Shown one piece after another: positions 18,506 to 28,618 of a stretch of DNA of 64,000 nucleotides. The stretch comes from Actinomycetota bacterium (GTDB lineage: Bacteria > Actinomycetota > JBBINU01). The notes below the pieces were generated by a model. That model was given only the letters and a program-made list of their open reading frames with translations, was not told where the DNA came from and did not search any database. The number at the start of each line of letters is the position of its first letter. Within the stretch, counting starts at the first letter, position 1. A program made the translations under genes and the position numbers. Location of the stretch: the NCBI GenBank assembly GCA_037443725.1, contig JBBINU010000004.1, positions 111,451 to 175,450 on the forward strand, written 5' to 3'.

Positions 18506-20665
18506 CTACTCGCCGTCCTCCACAGGTTTCAGGGAGATCCGGTTCAGCTTGTCTATCTCTACCACCTCGACCAGGATCCGGTCGCCCACCTTGACCACGT
18601 CCTCCACTCTCTTCACCCTCTCCCCCTTGCCAAGGCGGGAGATGTGGATGAGTCCGTCCCTGCCCCGAACCAGCTGTACGAAGGCACCAAAAGGAGTGGT
18701 CTTCACCACCGTCCCGAGGTACCTCTCCCCCACCTTGGGCTCCACAGGGCTCACCACCTCGCGGATCATCCGGAGCGCCTCCTGGGCGGCGGCCTCGTCC
18801 TTGGCCCCTATGTAGATGGTCCCATCGTCCTCGATATCTATCTCGGCCCCGGTGAGGCTCGCGATCTCGTTCACCTTTTTCCCTTTGGGGCCGATCACCT
18901 CGCCTATCTTGTCCACGGGTATGACCTCCACGATGATCCTGGGTGCCCTGGGTGAGAGTTCCGGCCTCGGCCTGGGCAGGGTCTTTAGCATCACCTCCAG
19001 GATGGCGAGGCGGGCCCTTCTCGCCTCCTCCAGGGCAGAGGCGAGAACCTCGACGGGGAGGCCAGGCACCTTGGTGTCCAGCTGGAGGGCGGTTATGTAC
19101 CTCTTCGTCCCCGCCACCTTGAAGTCCATGTCGCCGTAAGCATCCTCCGCCCCCAGGATGTCGGTGAGGGTGACGTACTTCCCCTCTTCAGCCACGAGGC
19201 CCATGGCCACGCCGCCAACGGGCTCCCGAATGGGCACGCCAGCATCCATGAGGGCAAGGGTGCTTCCGCAAACGCTCGCCATGGAGGTGGAGCCATTGGA
19301 GGAGAGGACATCGGAGACGACCCTTATGGCATAAGGGAATTCCTCCTCCGGAGGGATTACGGGCAGAAGAGCCCTCTCCGCCAGCGCCCCATGGCCTATC
19401 TCCCTCCGCCTCGGCCCGCGCATGAATCCCGGCTCCCCAGTGGAGAAGGGCGGGAAGTTGTAGTGGTGCATGTAGCGCTTGGACTCCTCCGGGGCGATGG
19501 TATCGATGATCTGTTGCATCCTGGGCATGCCCAGGGTGGCAGCGGAAAGCACCTGGGTCTCGCCTCTGGTGAAGAGAGCGGACCCGTGGGCCATGGGGAG
19601 GAGCCCCACCTCCACGCTGATGGGGCGGATCTGGTTGGGCTTCCTACCGTCTATCCGCAGGCCCTCTTCCAGAATCCTCTTCCTGGCAATCTTCCTCTCC
19701 AGCGCCCTGAAGGCCGGAGCAAGCCCCCCTGCCATCTCCTCCCAAGCCTGCCCGAACCGGGCTGCCAGCGCCTCCGAGGCCTTCCTCTTGAGTTCCTCCA
19801 GGGCCTCCTCCCTCTCGAGCTTCCCAGGAATGGCGAGGGCCTCCCGGACAGCCTCACCGAACTCGGCCTCGAGCGCCTGGAACAGCTCTTCGGTGTAGTC
19901 CCGGAAGAGGGGGAAATCCCTCTGGACCGCCCCCGCCCGGAGGGCTAGCTCACTCTGGAGCCGCGCGGCTTCGAGGAGCGGGCCCCTGGCGAACTCCAGC
20001 CCCAGGGCGACCACCCTCTCGGTCGGCATTGGCCCTCCCTGTTTCATCACCGCCAGGGCCTTCTCCGGCGCCTCCGCCTCCACCATGAGGATGTCGACAC
20101 CCCCTCCGGAGCCGTCCCGACCGGCCACCACCATGTCGAAGGTGCACTCCTCCAACTCCTGAAAGGTGGGGTTCACCAGCCAGGATCCGTCGGCCCGCAG
20201 GCCAAGCCGGACAGCCCCCACGGGCCCCTGAAAGGGGAGTCCGGCCAGGAGTATGGCTGCAGATGCGCCGCTCATGGCCGGGACGTCAGGAGGGTTCTTC
20301 TGGTCCGCCGAGAGAACCGTGGCCACCACATGCACCTCGTTCCTGAACCCCTTGGGGAAGGAAGGCCTTAGGGGCCTGTCTATGAGCCTCGCTGTAAGGA
20401 TCGCCTCCTCGCTGGGACGGCCTTCCCTGCGGAAGAAACCGCCTGGGATCTTCCCGGCCGCGTACATCCTCTCTTCCACGTCCACGGTGAGCGGGAAGAA
20501 GTCGAGCCCCTCCTTGGGTTCCTTGCCGGCCACCACCGTGACCAAGACCTGGGTCTCCCCCTGGGTGACGAGAACCGCCCCATCAGCCTGGAGGGCCAGC
20601 TTCCCGGTTTCGAGGGAGAGCTTCCTCCCCCCCACACTCCCTTCGACCTTGAGGTTCTGGAACAC
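18506..20665 (-). CDS. pnp: Polyribonucleotide nucleotidyltransferase (PNPase)
   Basis: Two RNase PH domains plus KH and S1 domains, 719 aa. Confidence 0.95.
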   Translation of the reverse strand: MFQNLKVEGSVGGRKLSLETGKLALQADGAVLVTQGETQVLVTVVAGKEPKEGLDFFPLTVDVEERMYAAGKIPGGFFRREGRPSEEAILTARLIDRPLRPSFPKGFRNEVHVVATVLSADQKNPPDVPAMSGASAAILLAGLPFQGPVGAVRLGLRADGSWLVNPTFQELEECTFDMVVAGRDGSGGGVDILMVEAEAPEKALAVMKQGGPMPTERVVALGLEFARGPLLEAARLQSELALRAGAVQRDFPLFRDYTEELFQALEAEFGEAVREALAIPGKLEREEALEELKRKASEALAARFGQAWEEMAGGLAPAFRALERKIARKRILEEGLRIDGRKPNQIRPISVEVGLLPMAHGSALFTRGETQVLSAATLGMPRMQQIIDTIAPEESKRYMHHYNFPPFSTGEPGFMRGPRRREIGHGALAERALLPVIPPEEEFPYAIRVVSDVLSSNGSTSMASVCGSTLALMDAGVPIREPVGGVAMGLVAEEGKYVTLTDILGAEDAYGDMDFKVAGTKRYITALQLDTKVPGLPVEVLASALEEARRARLAILEVMLKTLPRPRPELSPRAPRIIVEVIPVDKIGEVIGPKGKKVNEIASLTGAEIDIEDDGTIYIGAKDEAAAQEALRMIREVVSPVEPKVGERYLGTVVKTTPFGAFVQLVRGRDGLIHISRLGKGERVKRVEDVVKVGDRILVEVVEIDKLNRISLKPVEDGE

Positions 20666-20686
20666 GGCACCACCTCCGTACCGCCT

Positions 20687-20775
20687 GGCGAGGCGGGGCC
20701 GTGCCAGTTCTCAGGCGAAGACCCCGGTATCCCGGAGCCCACGGCTGAGGGCTGACAACTAACCCCCGCCTCGCC
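20687..20775 (-). promoter_or_regulatory. Long-range hairpin in the rpsO-pnp intergenic leader (possible RNase III / autoregulatory stem)
   Basis: Perfect 12-nt inverted repeat GGCGAGGCGGGG (20687-20698) and CCCCGCCTCGCC (20764-20775) flanking ~65 nt, directly upstream of the pnp start. Confidence 0.45.
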
Positions 20776-20806
20776 TCCTCCGAGTTGTTAGAAGCTCAAA
20801 TCCAGG

Positions 20807-21076
20807 CTACCGCCTCAGCCCGAGGCGGGCAACAAGGGCACGATACCGCGCCGGGTCCTCCCGACGGAGATAGTCGAGGAGCTTCTTTCTCTTCGAGACC
20901 ATCATGATCAGGCCCCGGCGGGAGTGGTGGTCCTTCCGGTGAACCGAAAGGTGCCTGGTGAGCTCCTCAATACGCCGGGTGAGGAGGGCCACCTGAACCT
21001 CCGGGGAGCCCGTGTCCCCCGGGTGGACGGCAAACTCTTCCACCAGCCTCCTCTTCTCCTCAGCCGTGATGCCCAT
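20807..21076 (-). CDS. rpsO: 30S ribosomal protein S15
   Basis: 89 aa from ATG 21076, with [11 protein letters not shown] and the C-terminal LGLRR. The ORF tool extends the reading frame to a GTG at 21124. Confidence 0.9.
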   Translation of the reverse strand: MGITAEEKRRLVEEFAVHPGDTGSPEVQVALLTRRIEELTRHLSVHRKDHHSRRGLIMMVSKRKKLLDYLRREDPARYRALVARLGLRR

Positions 21077-21130
21077 AGGAGCTAGCTTGTGCAAAGTCCG
21101 ACGCCAGGTACTGAATGCTAGCACACCGTC

Positions 21131-22102
21131 TCAGCCGAGGTCCTCCGAGCGCCTCTCGCCGGGGCGGAGCCGGCCCTCCAGTATCCTTTCCGCCTCGGCC
21201 TTGTCCGCCTCTATCTGGGCCTTCAGCTCCTCCGGACCCCCGAAAGCTCTTTCCTCCCGTATCCTGGCGAGGAACTCCACATCCACCACCTCCCCCGCGA
21301 GCTCCCCGGGCTGCTCCAGGAAGTGCACCTCGAGCAGGAGGGGTCCTCCTCCGAAGGTGGGCCTAGTTCCTAGGTTCGCTACCCCGCCGAGGGCCCGACC
21401 TCTGACCCAGGCCCTCACCGCATACACCCCCGGAGCGGGAATGGCCAGGCCCTCTGGAGGCCTGATGTTGGCCGTGGGGAATCCGAGGGCCCTCCCCCTT
21501 CCCGAACCTCGCTCGACCGGCCCGGATAGCCGGTGCGGCCGGCCGAGCGCTCTGGCGGCTTCCTCCACATCTCCCCGGGCCAGGCTCTCTCGGATGAGGG
21601 AGCTCGAGACCACCCCTTCCCCCCTCACCAGCGGCACGGCGTCCACCTTGAAGCCGAGCTCGCGACCGAGCTGCTTGAGGAGGGCCGCGTCTCCCCGGGC
21701 CCCGTGCCCGAAATGGAAGTTCTCCCCCACCACCACCGCCACCGCGCCTAGAGCTTCCTTGAGGACGGCGCGGGCGAACTCCTCTGGTGTGACCCTCGCC
21801 AGCTCCTCCGAGAACTCCAGCACCACTAGGGCCTCAACTCCCAGATCCCGAAGAAGCTCCTCCTTGAGGGGGAGGGGGGTGAGGACGGGTGGGCCCTTGC
21901 CGCGGAGCACTACCTCGGGGTGGGGCTCGAAAGTGAGAGCCACCAGCGTCGCACCTTCCTCCCGAGCTAGCTCGGCCGCCCGCCCCACCACCCTCCGGTG
22001 GCCCAGGTGGACCCCGTCGAAGACGCCAACGGTAACTACGGAGGGCCGCACTTCCGGCCCGACGCCCTCCAGTCCCCTGTAGACGCGGAGGCGAGACGTC
22101 AT
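21131..22102 (-). CDS. ribF: Bifunctional riboflavin kinase / FMN adenylyltransferase
   Basis: N-terminal GVFDGVHLGHR nucleotidyltransferase motif and a C-terminal riboflavin kinase domain. Confidence 0.9.
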   Translation of the reverse strand: MTSRLRVYRGLEGVGPEVRPSVVTVGVFDGVHLGHRRVVGRAAELAREEGATLVALTFEPHPEVVLRGKGPPVLTPLPLKEELLRDLGVEALVVLEFSEELARVTPEEFARAVLKEALGAVAVVVGENFHFGHGARGDAALLKQLGRELGFKVDAVPLVRGEGVVSSSLIRESLARGDVEEAARALGRPHRLSGPVERGSGRGRALGFPTANIRPPEGLAIPAPGVYAVRAWVRGRALGGVANLGTRPTFGGGPLLLEVHFLEQPGELAGEVVDVEFLARIREERAFGGPEELKAQIEADKAEAERILEGRLRPGERRSEDLG

Positions 22103-22106
22103 CCCC

Positions 22107-23035
22107 TTACCCTGCCAGCCACCCGGCTTCCTCGCGGGGCCTCACGACCAGAGGTAAGGCCGCCCCGTCAGCGTCGCGGAAGACTCCGAGGAGAAGACCC
22201 CCAGGTCCGTAAAGGGCGTAGGGGGAGGAGAGGCCAGCCCTCGGGATGGGCCGCCCCGAGAGGGCCGCCCGCGCCTCCTCCTCCCCCACCTCCCTCCGGG
22301 GCAGGAAGGGGAGGGACCCCTCGGGGGGTATGAGATGGCGATCTATCCCCTCCCTCCTCAAGGTATCCAGAGAGACCGCTCTCTCCACCCTGAAGGGGGA
22401 GACCTCCGTTCGCCTGAGGGAGGCGAGGTGGGCCGGGAGGCCGAGCGCGTCGCCGAGGTCCCTGGCAAGGCTCCTCAAGTAGGTTCCGCCAGAGCAGCGG
22501 ACCAAGAGCCTCGCCCTGGCCCTCTCCCCCGGCTCGAAGGAGAGGATGTCGAGCCGGTAGATGGTCACCGGCCTCCCCTCGAGCTCCACCTCCCGCCCAG
22601 CCCGTGCCAGCTCGTACGCCCTCCTCCCCCCCACCTTCAAGCTGGAGAAAGCGGGGGGACGCTGGAGGTAGGTCCCGACGAAGCTCCCGGCAGCCCGGAC
22701 CAAGGCCTCACGGGTGAGGCAGGAGGCGTCAGCCTCAGCCACCACCCTCCCCTCGCCGTCCAAGGTGTCGGTGGCCACCCCGAAGGCTACCTCACCAAGG
22801 TACTCCTTCTCCCGGTCCTTGATGAACTGGAGGAGCCGAGTGGCCCAGCCTAACCCCACCACCAGCAGCCCCGTGGCGGCCGGATCCAGAGTCCCGGCGT
22901 GCCCCACCCGGCTCAGCCCCGAGACCCTCCGCACGGCGTCCACAACATCGTGGGAGGTGGGCCCAGCCTCCTTGTCCAGAAGGAGGATCCCGGCAGTCCT
23001 TGGGACAGAACGGCTATCGAGGGCCAGCCGGGGCA
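22107..23035 (-). CDS. truB: tRNA pseudouridine(55) synthase
   Basis: Catalytic motif HAGTLDPAATGLLVVGLG and a PUA-like C-terminus. The ORF extends to 23117 and overlaps nrnA, so the start is probably a TTG near 23035. Confidence 0.85.
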
Positions 23036-24066
23036 ACCAGCCGCTCCTCCAGCTCAGCCAGGGCCCTTTCCAGCGGTCCCCGACTCGTGTAGCCAGCCGC
23101 CAGCTCGTGCCCCCCACCCCCCAGGGACTCGGCCACCCGTCTCACATCCCTGCCCCTGGAGCGGAGGCTCACCCTGACTCCACCCCCCGGCTCCTCCTTA
23201 AGAAGGGCTGCCACCTCGGCCTCCCGAGCCGTCCTCAGGGCATCGATGAGAGGTTCTGTATCGGCGGCCGCGACCCCGCACTCTTCCAGGTCCCTTATAA
23301 GGAAGTAGCTGAAGATGAGCCCCCCTGGCCGCAAGACCGCCCTCTCCAGGACCCTCGCCTTCAGCTTCAGCAGCCCGAAGGGCTCCGACTCGTAAACCTC
23401 CCTCGCTACCCGGAGGTGCGCGGCCCCCAGGCGGAGCAAGCGCGCTGCCAGCTCCAGCGTGGCGGGCCTGGCCGAGGGGTACTGGAACCTGCCGGTGTCC
23501 GTGACCAGCCCGGTGTACAGGCACGTGGCCACCTCGGGAGAGATCTCCCCTCCTATCTCCTCCAGGAGTCTATAGGTGATCTCCGCCGAGGCGGCGGCCC
23601 CCTCGTCGACCAGATCGATGGTTCCCCGGAGGGTGCAGGAGGAGTGGTGGTCGATGACCACCACTGCACGAGCCCTCTCCACCAGGCCCCCCAGAGAACC
23701 GAGCCTCTCCCGACTGGACGCGTCGAAGGTGATGGCCAGGGGCACATCGTGAGGCATGGATTCGGGGCCCACCAGCTCACCCACGCCCGGAAGAAAGGCG
23801 TAATGGGCAGGGACCTGCACCTCTGCCGAGCCCCAGCTTGCCCAGACCTTTTTCCCTGCCGCCTTCAGGTGGTGGTAAGCCGCGAGCATGGAGCCGAGGG
23901 CGTCGCCGTCGGGATGGATGTGGCAGAGAAGGGCTATCCTGTCGGCCTCCCTCACCAGGGCCGCTGCCTGCCTCAGCCTCCTCGCCAGCGGCCTGGCCCG
24001 GGCCGTTGTTCTAGCGGCCTGCACCCTCTCCCTCCTCCGGTGCTGTCTCGGCGCCTTCGCTCCCAC
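23014..24066 (-). CDS. nrnA: DHH-family phosphoesterase (NrnA-like oligoribonuclease/pAp phosphatase)
   Basis: DHH motifs HIHPDGDALGS and the DHHA1 C-terminus. The ORF start overlaps rbfA, so the true start is probably near 24000. Confidence 0.75.
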   Translation of the reverse strand: MGAKAPRQHRRRERVQAARTTARARPLARRLRQAAALVREADRIALLCHIHPDGDALGSMLAAYHHLKAAGKKVWASWGSAEVQVPAHYAFLPGVGELVGPESMPHDVPLAITFDASSRERLGSLGGLVERARAVVVIDHHSSCTLRGTIDLVDEGAAASAEITYRLLEEIGGEISPEVATCLYTGLVTDTGRFQYPSARPATLELAARLLRLGAAHLRVAREVYESEPFGLLKLKARVLERAVLRPGGLIFSYFLIRDLEECGVAAADTEPLIDALRTAREAEVAALLKEEPGGGVRVSLRSRGRDVRRVAESLGGGGHELAAGYTSRGPLERALAELEERLVAPAGPR

Positions 24067-24394
24067 CGCCCGCCATCAGTCCCCAGATCCTCTCGGCCTT
24101 CTCCAGGGACTCGTCCTCCCTGAACTCCAGTCTGGGAACGAAGCGCATCCTCACCGCCCTGGCCACCCGGGACCGGAGAAACCTCTCCCCCGAGGCCAGA
24201 CCTTCTCTCGCGAGGCGCCTCTCCTCATCCCCTCCAAGAACGGTGTAATAGACCCTGGCGAGGCTCAGGTCCGGGGTGACCTCCACCCGGGTTATCGTTA
24301 CGAAACCAATCCTCGGGTCGTGCATCTCGCGCTGGACCGTCTCCGCGACGGCCTCCTTTATGGCCTCGCCCAGCCTTTCTGTCCTGAGGCTCAC
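24011..24394 (-). CDS. rbfA: Ribosome-binding factor A
   Basis: KH-like RbfA fold with the motif RIGFVTITRVEVTPDLSLARVYY. Confidence 0.85.
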   Translation of the reverse strand: MSLRTERLGEAIKEAVAETVQREMHDPRIGFVTITRVEVTPDLSLARVYYTVLGGDEERRLAREGLASGERFLRSRVARAVRMRFVPRLEFREDESLEKAERIWGLMAGGGSEGAETAPEEGEGAGR

Positions 24395-24440
24395 AGGACC
24401 TCCTTAGCCCAAAAGCGGCAGGGAGCCGCCCGCGCGAATC

Positions 24441-24749
24441 CTAAGCCTCGGGGCTGAAGTACTCTTCCTCGGCGGCGAGCAGCTCCACCTCGGGGCGGCC
24501 CGCCACCCGCTTGCCTATCATGTGGAGCGCCTTCCTGGCCGCGAATCCCGTCTCCGCCACCACCGAGACCGCGACCGTGGCCCGCTGCCAGAGGTCGTGG
24601 TGGTCCACCTCGGAAGCGGAGCAATTGAACTTGGTCCTGAGCTCCCCGAGGATGGACCTCACCACCTGCCTCTTCTCCTTGAGAGAACGGGACCCCGGAA
24701 CCCTGAGCTGATAGATGCCGAGACCCACCACCACCGCTGCCTCCGCCAA
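24441..24749 (-). CDS. ylxP: DUF503 protein (YlxP-like)
   Basis: SLKEKRQVVRSI...FNCSASEV...QRA motif pattern in a 102 aa protein between infB and rbfA, as in B. subtilis. Confidence 0.7.
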   Translation of the reverse strand: MAEAAVVVGLGIYQLRVPGSRSLKEKRQVVRSILGELRTKFNCSASEVDHHDLWQRATVAVSVVAETGFAARKALHMIGKRVAGRPEVELLAAEEEYFSPEA

Positions 24750-24771
24750 GATACTCCGCCCGCAACTGCCC

Positions 24772-26769
24772 TCAGTACCTCGGTCTTTCCACCACGCGGA
24801 AGACCTCTATGACGTCCCCCTCCTTTATGTCCTGGTAGTTCTCGAGGCCCACGCCACACTCGAAACCGGCTGCCACCTCCCTCACGTCGTCCTTGAAGCG
24901 CTTGAGGGATGCGATCCTAGTGTCCGCGGCGATGGCCCCATCTCTCAGCAGCCGGGCCCGGGCACCTCTCACCACCTTCCCTTCCACCACGTAGCAACCG
25001 GCGACAGTTCCCACCTTTGGGATGCGGAAGGTGGCCCGCACCTCCGCCCTGCCCAGGACCTCCTCTTCGGTGACGGGCGCCGCCCTTCCCTTCAGGGCCG
25101 CCTCCACATCGGCGAGGGCCTCGTAGATGACCCGGTAGGTTCTGACGTCCACACCCTCCGCCTGAGCCGCCTCCCTAGCCCCCGGCTCGGGCCTTACGTT
25201 GAACCCCACCACCACTGCACCGGAGGCCGCCGCCAGAGCAACGTCGCTCTCGGTGATGGCACCAACCGCCCTGTGAAGCACCTTTAGCCGCACGTGCTCC
25301 CTGGAAAGCTCCGCAAAGGCCTTCTCAAGGGCTTCCAGAGAACCCTGCGTGTCGGCCTTGATTATGAGGGCCAGCTCCGGCACCTCCTCCTTCCTGGCCA
25401 GGAGCTCCACGAGAGTGGGCCTTCTCCTCTGGACCAGCTCCGCCGCTCTCAGGCGTGCCGCCCTGGACTGGGCGATCTGCCGGGCCTGCCTTTCATCCTC
25501 CACCACCGTCACCTCATCCCCAGCCGAAGGGAGCCCAGTGAAACCAAGGACCTGCACGGGCGTCCCCGGCCCGGCCTCGGACAGGCGACGGCCGTTCTCG
25601 TCCAGGAGGGCCCTCACACGCCCCCAGGCGGTCCCGCAAACCACGGCATCGCCCACACGAAGCACACCCTCCCTGACTATGACCGAGGCTACCGGCCCCC
25701 TTCCGCGGTCCAGATGGGCCTCGATGGCAGTGGCCTTCGCAGGGCCCCGGGCCCTGGCCGCGAGCTTCAGCTCGTCAGCGAGGAGGAGGATCCCGGTGAG
25801 CAGGTCCTCAAGGCCCCATCCCATCTTGGCGGAGATGTCCACGAAGATGGTGTCGCCGCCCCACTCCTGGGGCACGAGGCCCAGGTCCGCCAGCTGCCTC
25901 CTCACCTTCTGGGGGTCGGCCTCGGGCTTGTCCACCTTGTTAACGGCGACCAGGATCGGAACGCCCGCTGCGCGGGCGTGGTTAATGGCCTCCACGGTCT
26001 GAGGCATCACGCCGTCATCAGCGGCGACCACCAGAACCGCCACGTCCGTGACCTGGGCACCCCGGGCCCGGAGAGCGGTGAAGGCCTCATGCCCCGGGGT
26101 ATCTATGAAGGTGATGGCACGACCATCCACCCTCACCTGGTAAGCGCCGATGTGCTGGGTGATCCCTCCAGCTTCCCGGGCCGCAACGTTCGTCCTCCTT
26201 ATGGTGTCGAGGAGGAGGGTCTTGCCGTGATCCACATGTCCCATCACCGTGACCACGGGCGGGCGGGGCTCGGCCTCCACCTCCTGGGGGACGGCTTCAA
26301 CTGCCTCCTCCCTCTCCTCCTCGGGGCTTACGATCTCGGCCTCGATGCCGTACTCGGCAGCGACCACGGCAATGGCCTCATCGCTCATGGACTGGGTGAG
26401 AGAAAGGAGCTCCCCCATGGAGATGAGGGTCTTCAGCACCTCGCTGGGGCTTTTCCCAAGCTTCTCCGCGAACTCCTTCACGGTGATCCCCCGGGCCACC
26501 CTTAGCAGGGGACGGGAAGGCGCCGCGCCACCCTGTGCCTCCCGCGCGGGCTCCTCGCGGGCGACCTCCCTTTCCTGGAGGGGCTTCTCCAGCCCGGCCT
26601 CCGCACCCCGGGCAACCCCTGAGAACTCGGCCCTAATCCGGGAGGCCACCTCTTCCTCCACAGCTGAGGCGTGGCTCTTCACCTCTGCTCCCAGGGAGCG
26701 GAGCATCTCGAGGACCTCCTTGCTGGAGACCCCCAGCTCCCTGGCGAGCTCGTACACGCGGATCCCCAC
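24772..26769 (-). CDS. infB: Translation initiation factor IF-2
   Basis: GTPase G1-G4 motifs ([17 protein letters not shown]) and C-terminal beta-barrel domains. Confidence 0.95.
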   Translation of the reverse strand: MGIRVYELARELGVSSKEVLEMLRSLGAEVKSHASAVEEEVASRIRAEFSGVARGAEAGLEKPLQEREVAREEPAREAQGGAAPSRPLLRVARGITVKEFAEKLGKSPSEVLKTLISMGELLSLTQSMSDEAIAVVAAEYGIEAEIVSPEEEREEAVEAVPQEVEAEPRPPVVTVMGHVDHGKTLLLDTIRRTNVAAREAGGITQHIGAYQVRVDGRAITFIDTPGHEAFTALRARGAQVTDVAVLVVAADDGVMPQTVEAINHARAAGVPILVAVNKVDKPEADPQKVRRQLADLGLVPQEWGGDTIFVDISAKMGWGLEDLLTGILLLADELKLAARARGPAKATAIEAHLDRGRGPVASVIVREGVLRVGDAVVCGTAWGRVRALLDENGRRLSEAGPGTPVQVLGFTGLPSAGDEVTVVEDERQARQIAQSRAARLRAAELVQRRRPTLVELLARKEEVPELALIIKADTQGSLEALEKAFAELSREHVRLKVLHRAVGAITESDVALAAASGAVVVGFNVRPEPGAREAAQAEGVDVRTYRVIYEALADVEAALKGRAAPVTEEEVLGRAEVRATFRIPKVGTVAGCYVVEGKVVRGARARLLRDGAIAADTRIASLKRFKDDVREVAAGFECGVGLENYQDIKEGDVIEVFRVVERPRY

Positions 26770-26777
26770 GGGACCCC

Positions 26778-27074
26778 CTATTCCTTTTCCTTGAGCTCAG
26801 CCCCGGCCAGCATCGCCAGCACAGGAGAGTACACCTCCGCCAGGCCGTCCGTGGCCCCCTCACCCACCCGGAGGGCCCTGGCGAGCCTCCCCTTCCTCAG
26901 GGCGGCCCTCAGGCATCTGGGCTCCCGGCAGACGTAGGCACCCCTCCCGGGCATCCTCCCCCCCAGATCCATCACCACCTTCCCGTCTCTCACGGTAAAA
27001 CGCACCAGCTCGGACCGGGGTCTCTCTGCCCGACACCCGACGCAGGTTCGGAGGGGGGTCCTCCCCCTCCCCAT
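26778..27074 (-). CDS. ylxR: YlxR-family protein (DUF448, RNA-binding)
   Basis: RTCVGCR ... GRGAYVC motif in a 98 aa protein between nusA and infB. Confidence 0.75.
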   Translation of the reverse strand: MGRGRTPLRTCVGCRAERPRSELVRFTVRDGKVVMDLGGRMPGRGAYVCREPRCLRAALRKGRLARALRVGEGATDGLAEVYSPVLAMLAGAELKEKE

Positions 27075-27082
27075 AGCCCCTC

Positions 27083-28075
27083 CTAACCCGTTGCGGCTGT
27101 CTTCCCGGGGTGCTCCTGCCCCTCCGACCGTATATCTATTCTCCAGCCGGTGAGCCTTGAAGCGAGGCGGGCGTTCTGCCCCTCCCTTCCTATGGCCAGG
27201 GAGAGCTGATAGTCAGGAACCACTACCACGGCCAGCTTCTCTTCTTCATTGATCTTGACTTCCTTCACCTTGGCAGGGGAAAGGGCGTTGGCCACCAGCA
27301 CCGCTGGGTCTTCGGACCACTCCACTATGTCTATTTTCTCCCCCTTGAGTTCCGCCACCACAGCCCTCACCCGAGCTCCCTTCGGCCCCACGCAGGCACC
27401 GATGGGGTCCACGGCGGGCTCCTTGCTCCACACCGCCATCTTGGTCCTATGGCCGGCCTCCCTGGCCAGGGCCTTTATCTCAACCACGCCCTCGGCGATC
27501 TCAGGAACCTCCTGCTCAAAGAGGCGCCTCACCAGGCCCGGATGGCTCCGGGAGAGGATGATCTGAGGTCCCCGGAGAGTGCGTTTCACGTCCACCACGT
27601 ACAGCTTGAGGCGGAGACCGTGCTCGAGCCTCTCCCCCGGTATCTGCTCAGACTGGGGGAGGATCCCCTCCACCTTTCCCAGATCTACCAGGGCGTACCT
27701 GGGGTCGTGCTGCTTCACAATGCCCGTGACTATGTCCCCCTCTTTGCCGGCAAACTCCTCGTAGGTCTGCTCCCTCTCGGCATCCCTTATCCTTTGGACG
27801 ATGGTCTGCTTGGCCGTCTGGGCAGCAATGCGGCCAAAGTCCGAGCGCTTCTCCTCCCACTCCCTGATGACATTCCCCTCTTCATCCACTTCCTGGGCGA
27901 AGAGGCGCATCTCACCCGTTTTTCTATCGATCTCAACCCGCGCGGCAGCCGCGGCCCCGGGGAGCTTCAGGTAGGCTCTGGCCAGCGCCTCCTCTAGAGC
28001 CTGAACCAGGGTCTCGAAGTCGATCCCCTTCTCGCGTTCCAGCTGCTTGAGGGCCTCGATCACCTCTTGGTTCAT
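27083..28075 (-). CDS. nusA: Transcription termination/antitermination factor NusA
   Basis: N-terminal domain followed by S1, KH1 and KH2, 330 aa. Confidence 0.95.
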   Translation of the reverse strand: MNQEVIEALKQLEREKGIDFETLVQALEEALARAYLKLPGAAAAARVEIDRKTGEMRLFAQEVDEEGNVIREWEEKRSDFGRIAAQTAKQTIVQRIRDAEREQTYEEFAGKEGDIVTGIVKQHDPRYALVDLGKVEGILPQSEQIPGERLEHGLRLKLYVVDVKRTLRGPQIILSRSHPGLVRRLFEQEVPEIAEGVVEIKALAREAGHRTKMAVWSKEPAVDPIGACVGPKGARVRAVVAELKGEKIDIVEWSEDPAVLVANALSPAKVKEVKINEEEKLAVVVVPDYQLSLAIGREGQNARLASRLTGWRIDIRSEGQEHPGKTAATG

Positions 28076-28087
28076 GACCTCACGTCC

Positions 28088-28567
28088 TCAAAGCTTCACA
28101 ACCTGGCGGGCGGCGGCTATAGCGTCCAGGGGGAGGTGAATCCGCTCACCCTCCTCCTCGAGGATGACGGCCTCCCCCTCCTCGTCGATGCCGACCACCC
28201 TGCCCCTGAAAACCTGTCTCCCCCCCAGGGGCTGGCTCGTCCTCACCTCCACTTCCCGACCCCTTTTCAGTCTGAAATCCCGCAGGTTCCTGAGGGGCCT
28301 CTCCACCCCGGGCGAACCCACCTCCAGCGTGTAAGGGCCGGGTATGAAGTCCTCGCGGTCCAGGGCCCGGGACAGCTCCTCGCTCACCCGTGCACAGGTC
28401 TCCAGGTCTATCCCGCCCTCCCTATCGAGGAGAACCCGGAGCAGGCGCCTCCTCCCCCTGCTCACCAGCTCCACATCAACCACCTCCGCTCCGAAGAGGG
28501 AGGCGGCCTCCTCTGCCAGCCTCCTGGCCCGCTCCTGCAAGGAACCCTCCTCCTGGTCTCGGGGCAA
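28088..28567 (-). CDS. rimP: Ribosome maturation factor RimP
   Basis: RimP motif LEVGSPGVERPL in a 159 aa protein upstream of nusA. Confidence 0.85.
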   Translation of the reverse strand: MPRDQEEGSLQERARRLAEEAASLFGAEVVDVELVSRGRRRLLRVLLDREGGIDLETCARVSEELSRALDREDFIPGPYTLEVGSPGVERPLRNLRDFRLKRGREVEVRTSQPLGGRQVFRGRVVGIDEEGEAVILEEEGERIHLPLDAIAAARQVVKL

Positions 28568-28618
28568 AAAGAAAGTGGGCCCGAGCCCACAGGCTCCGCA
28601 TAGCCTAGCACATGCGCG

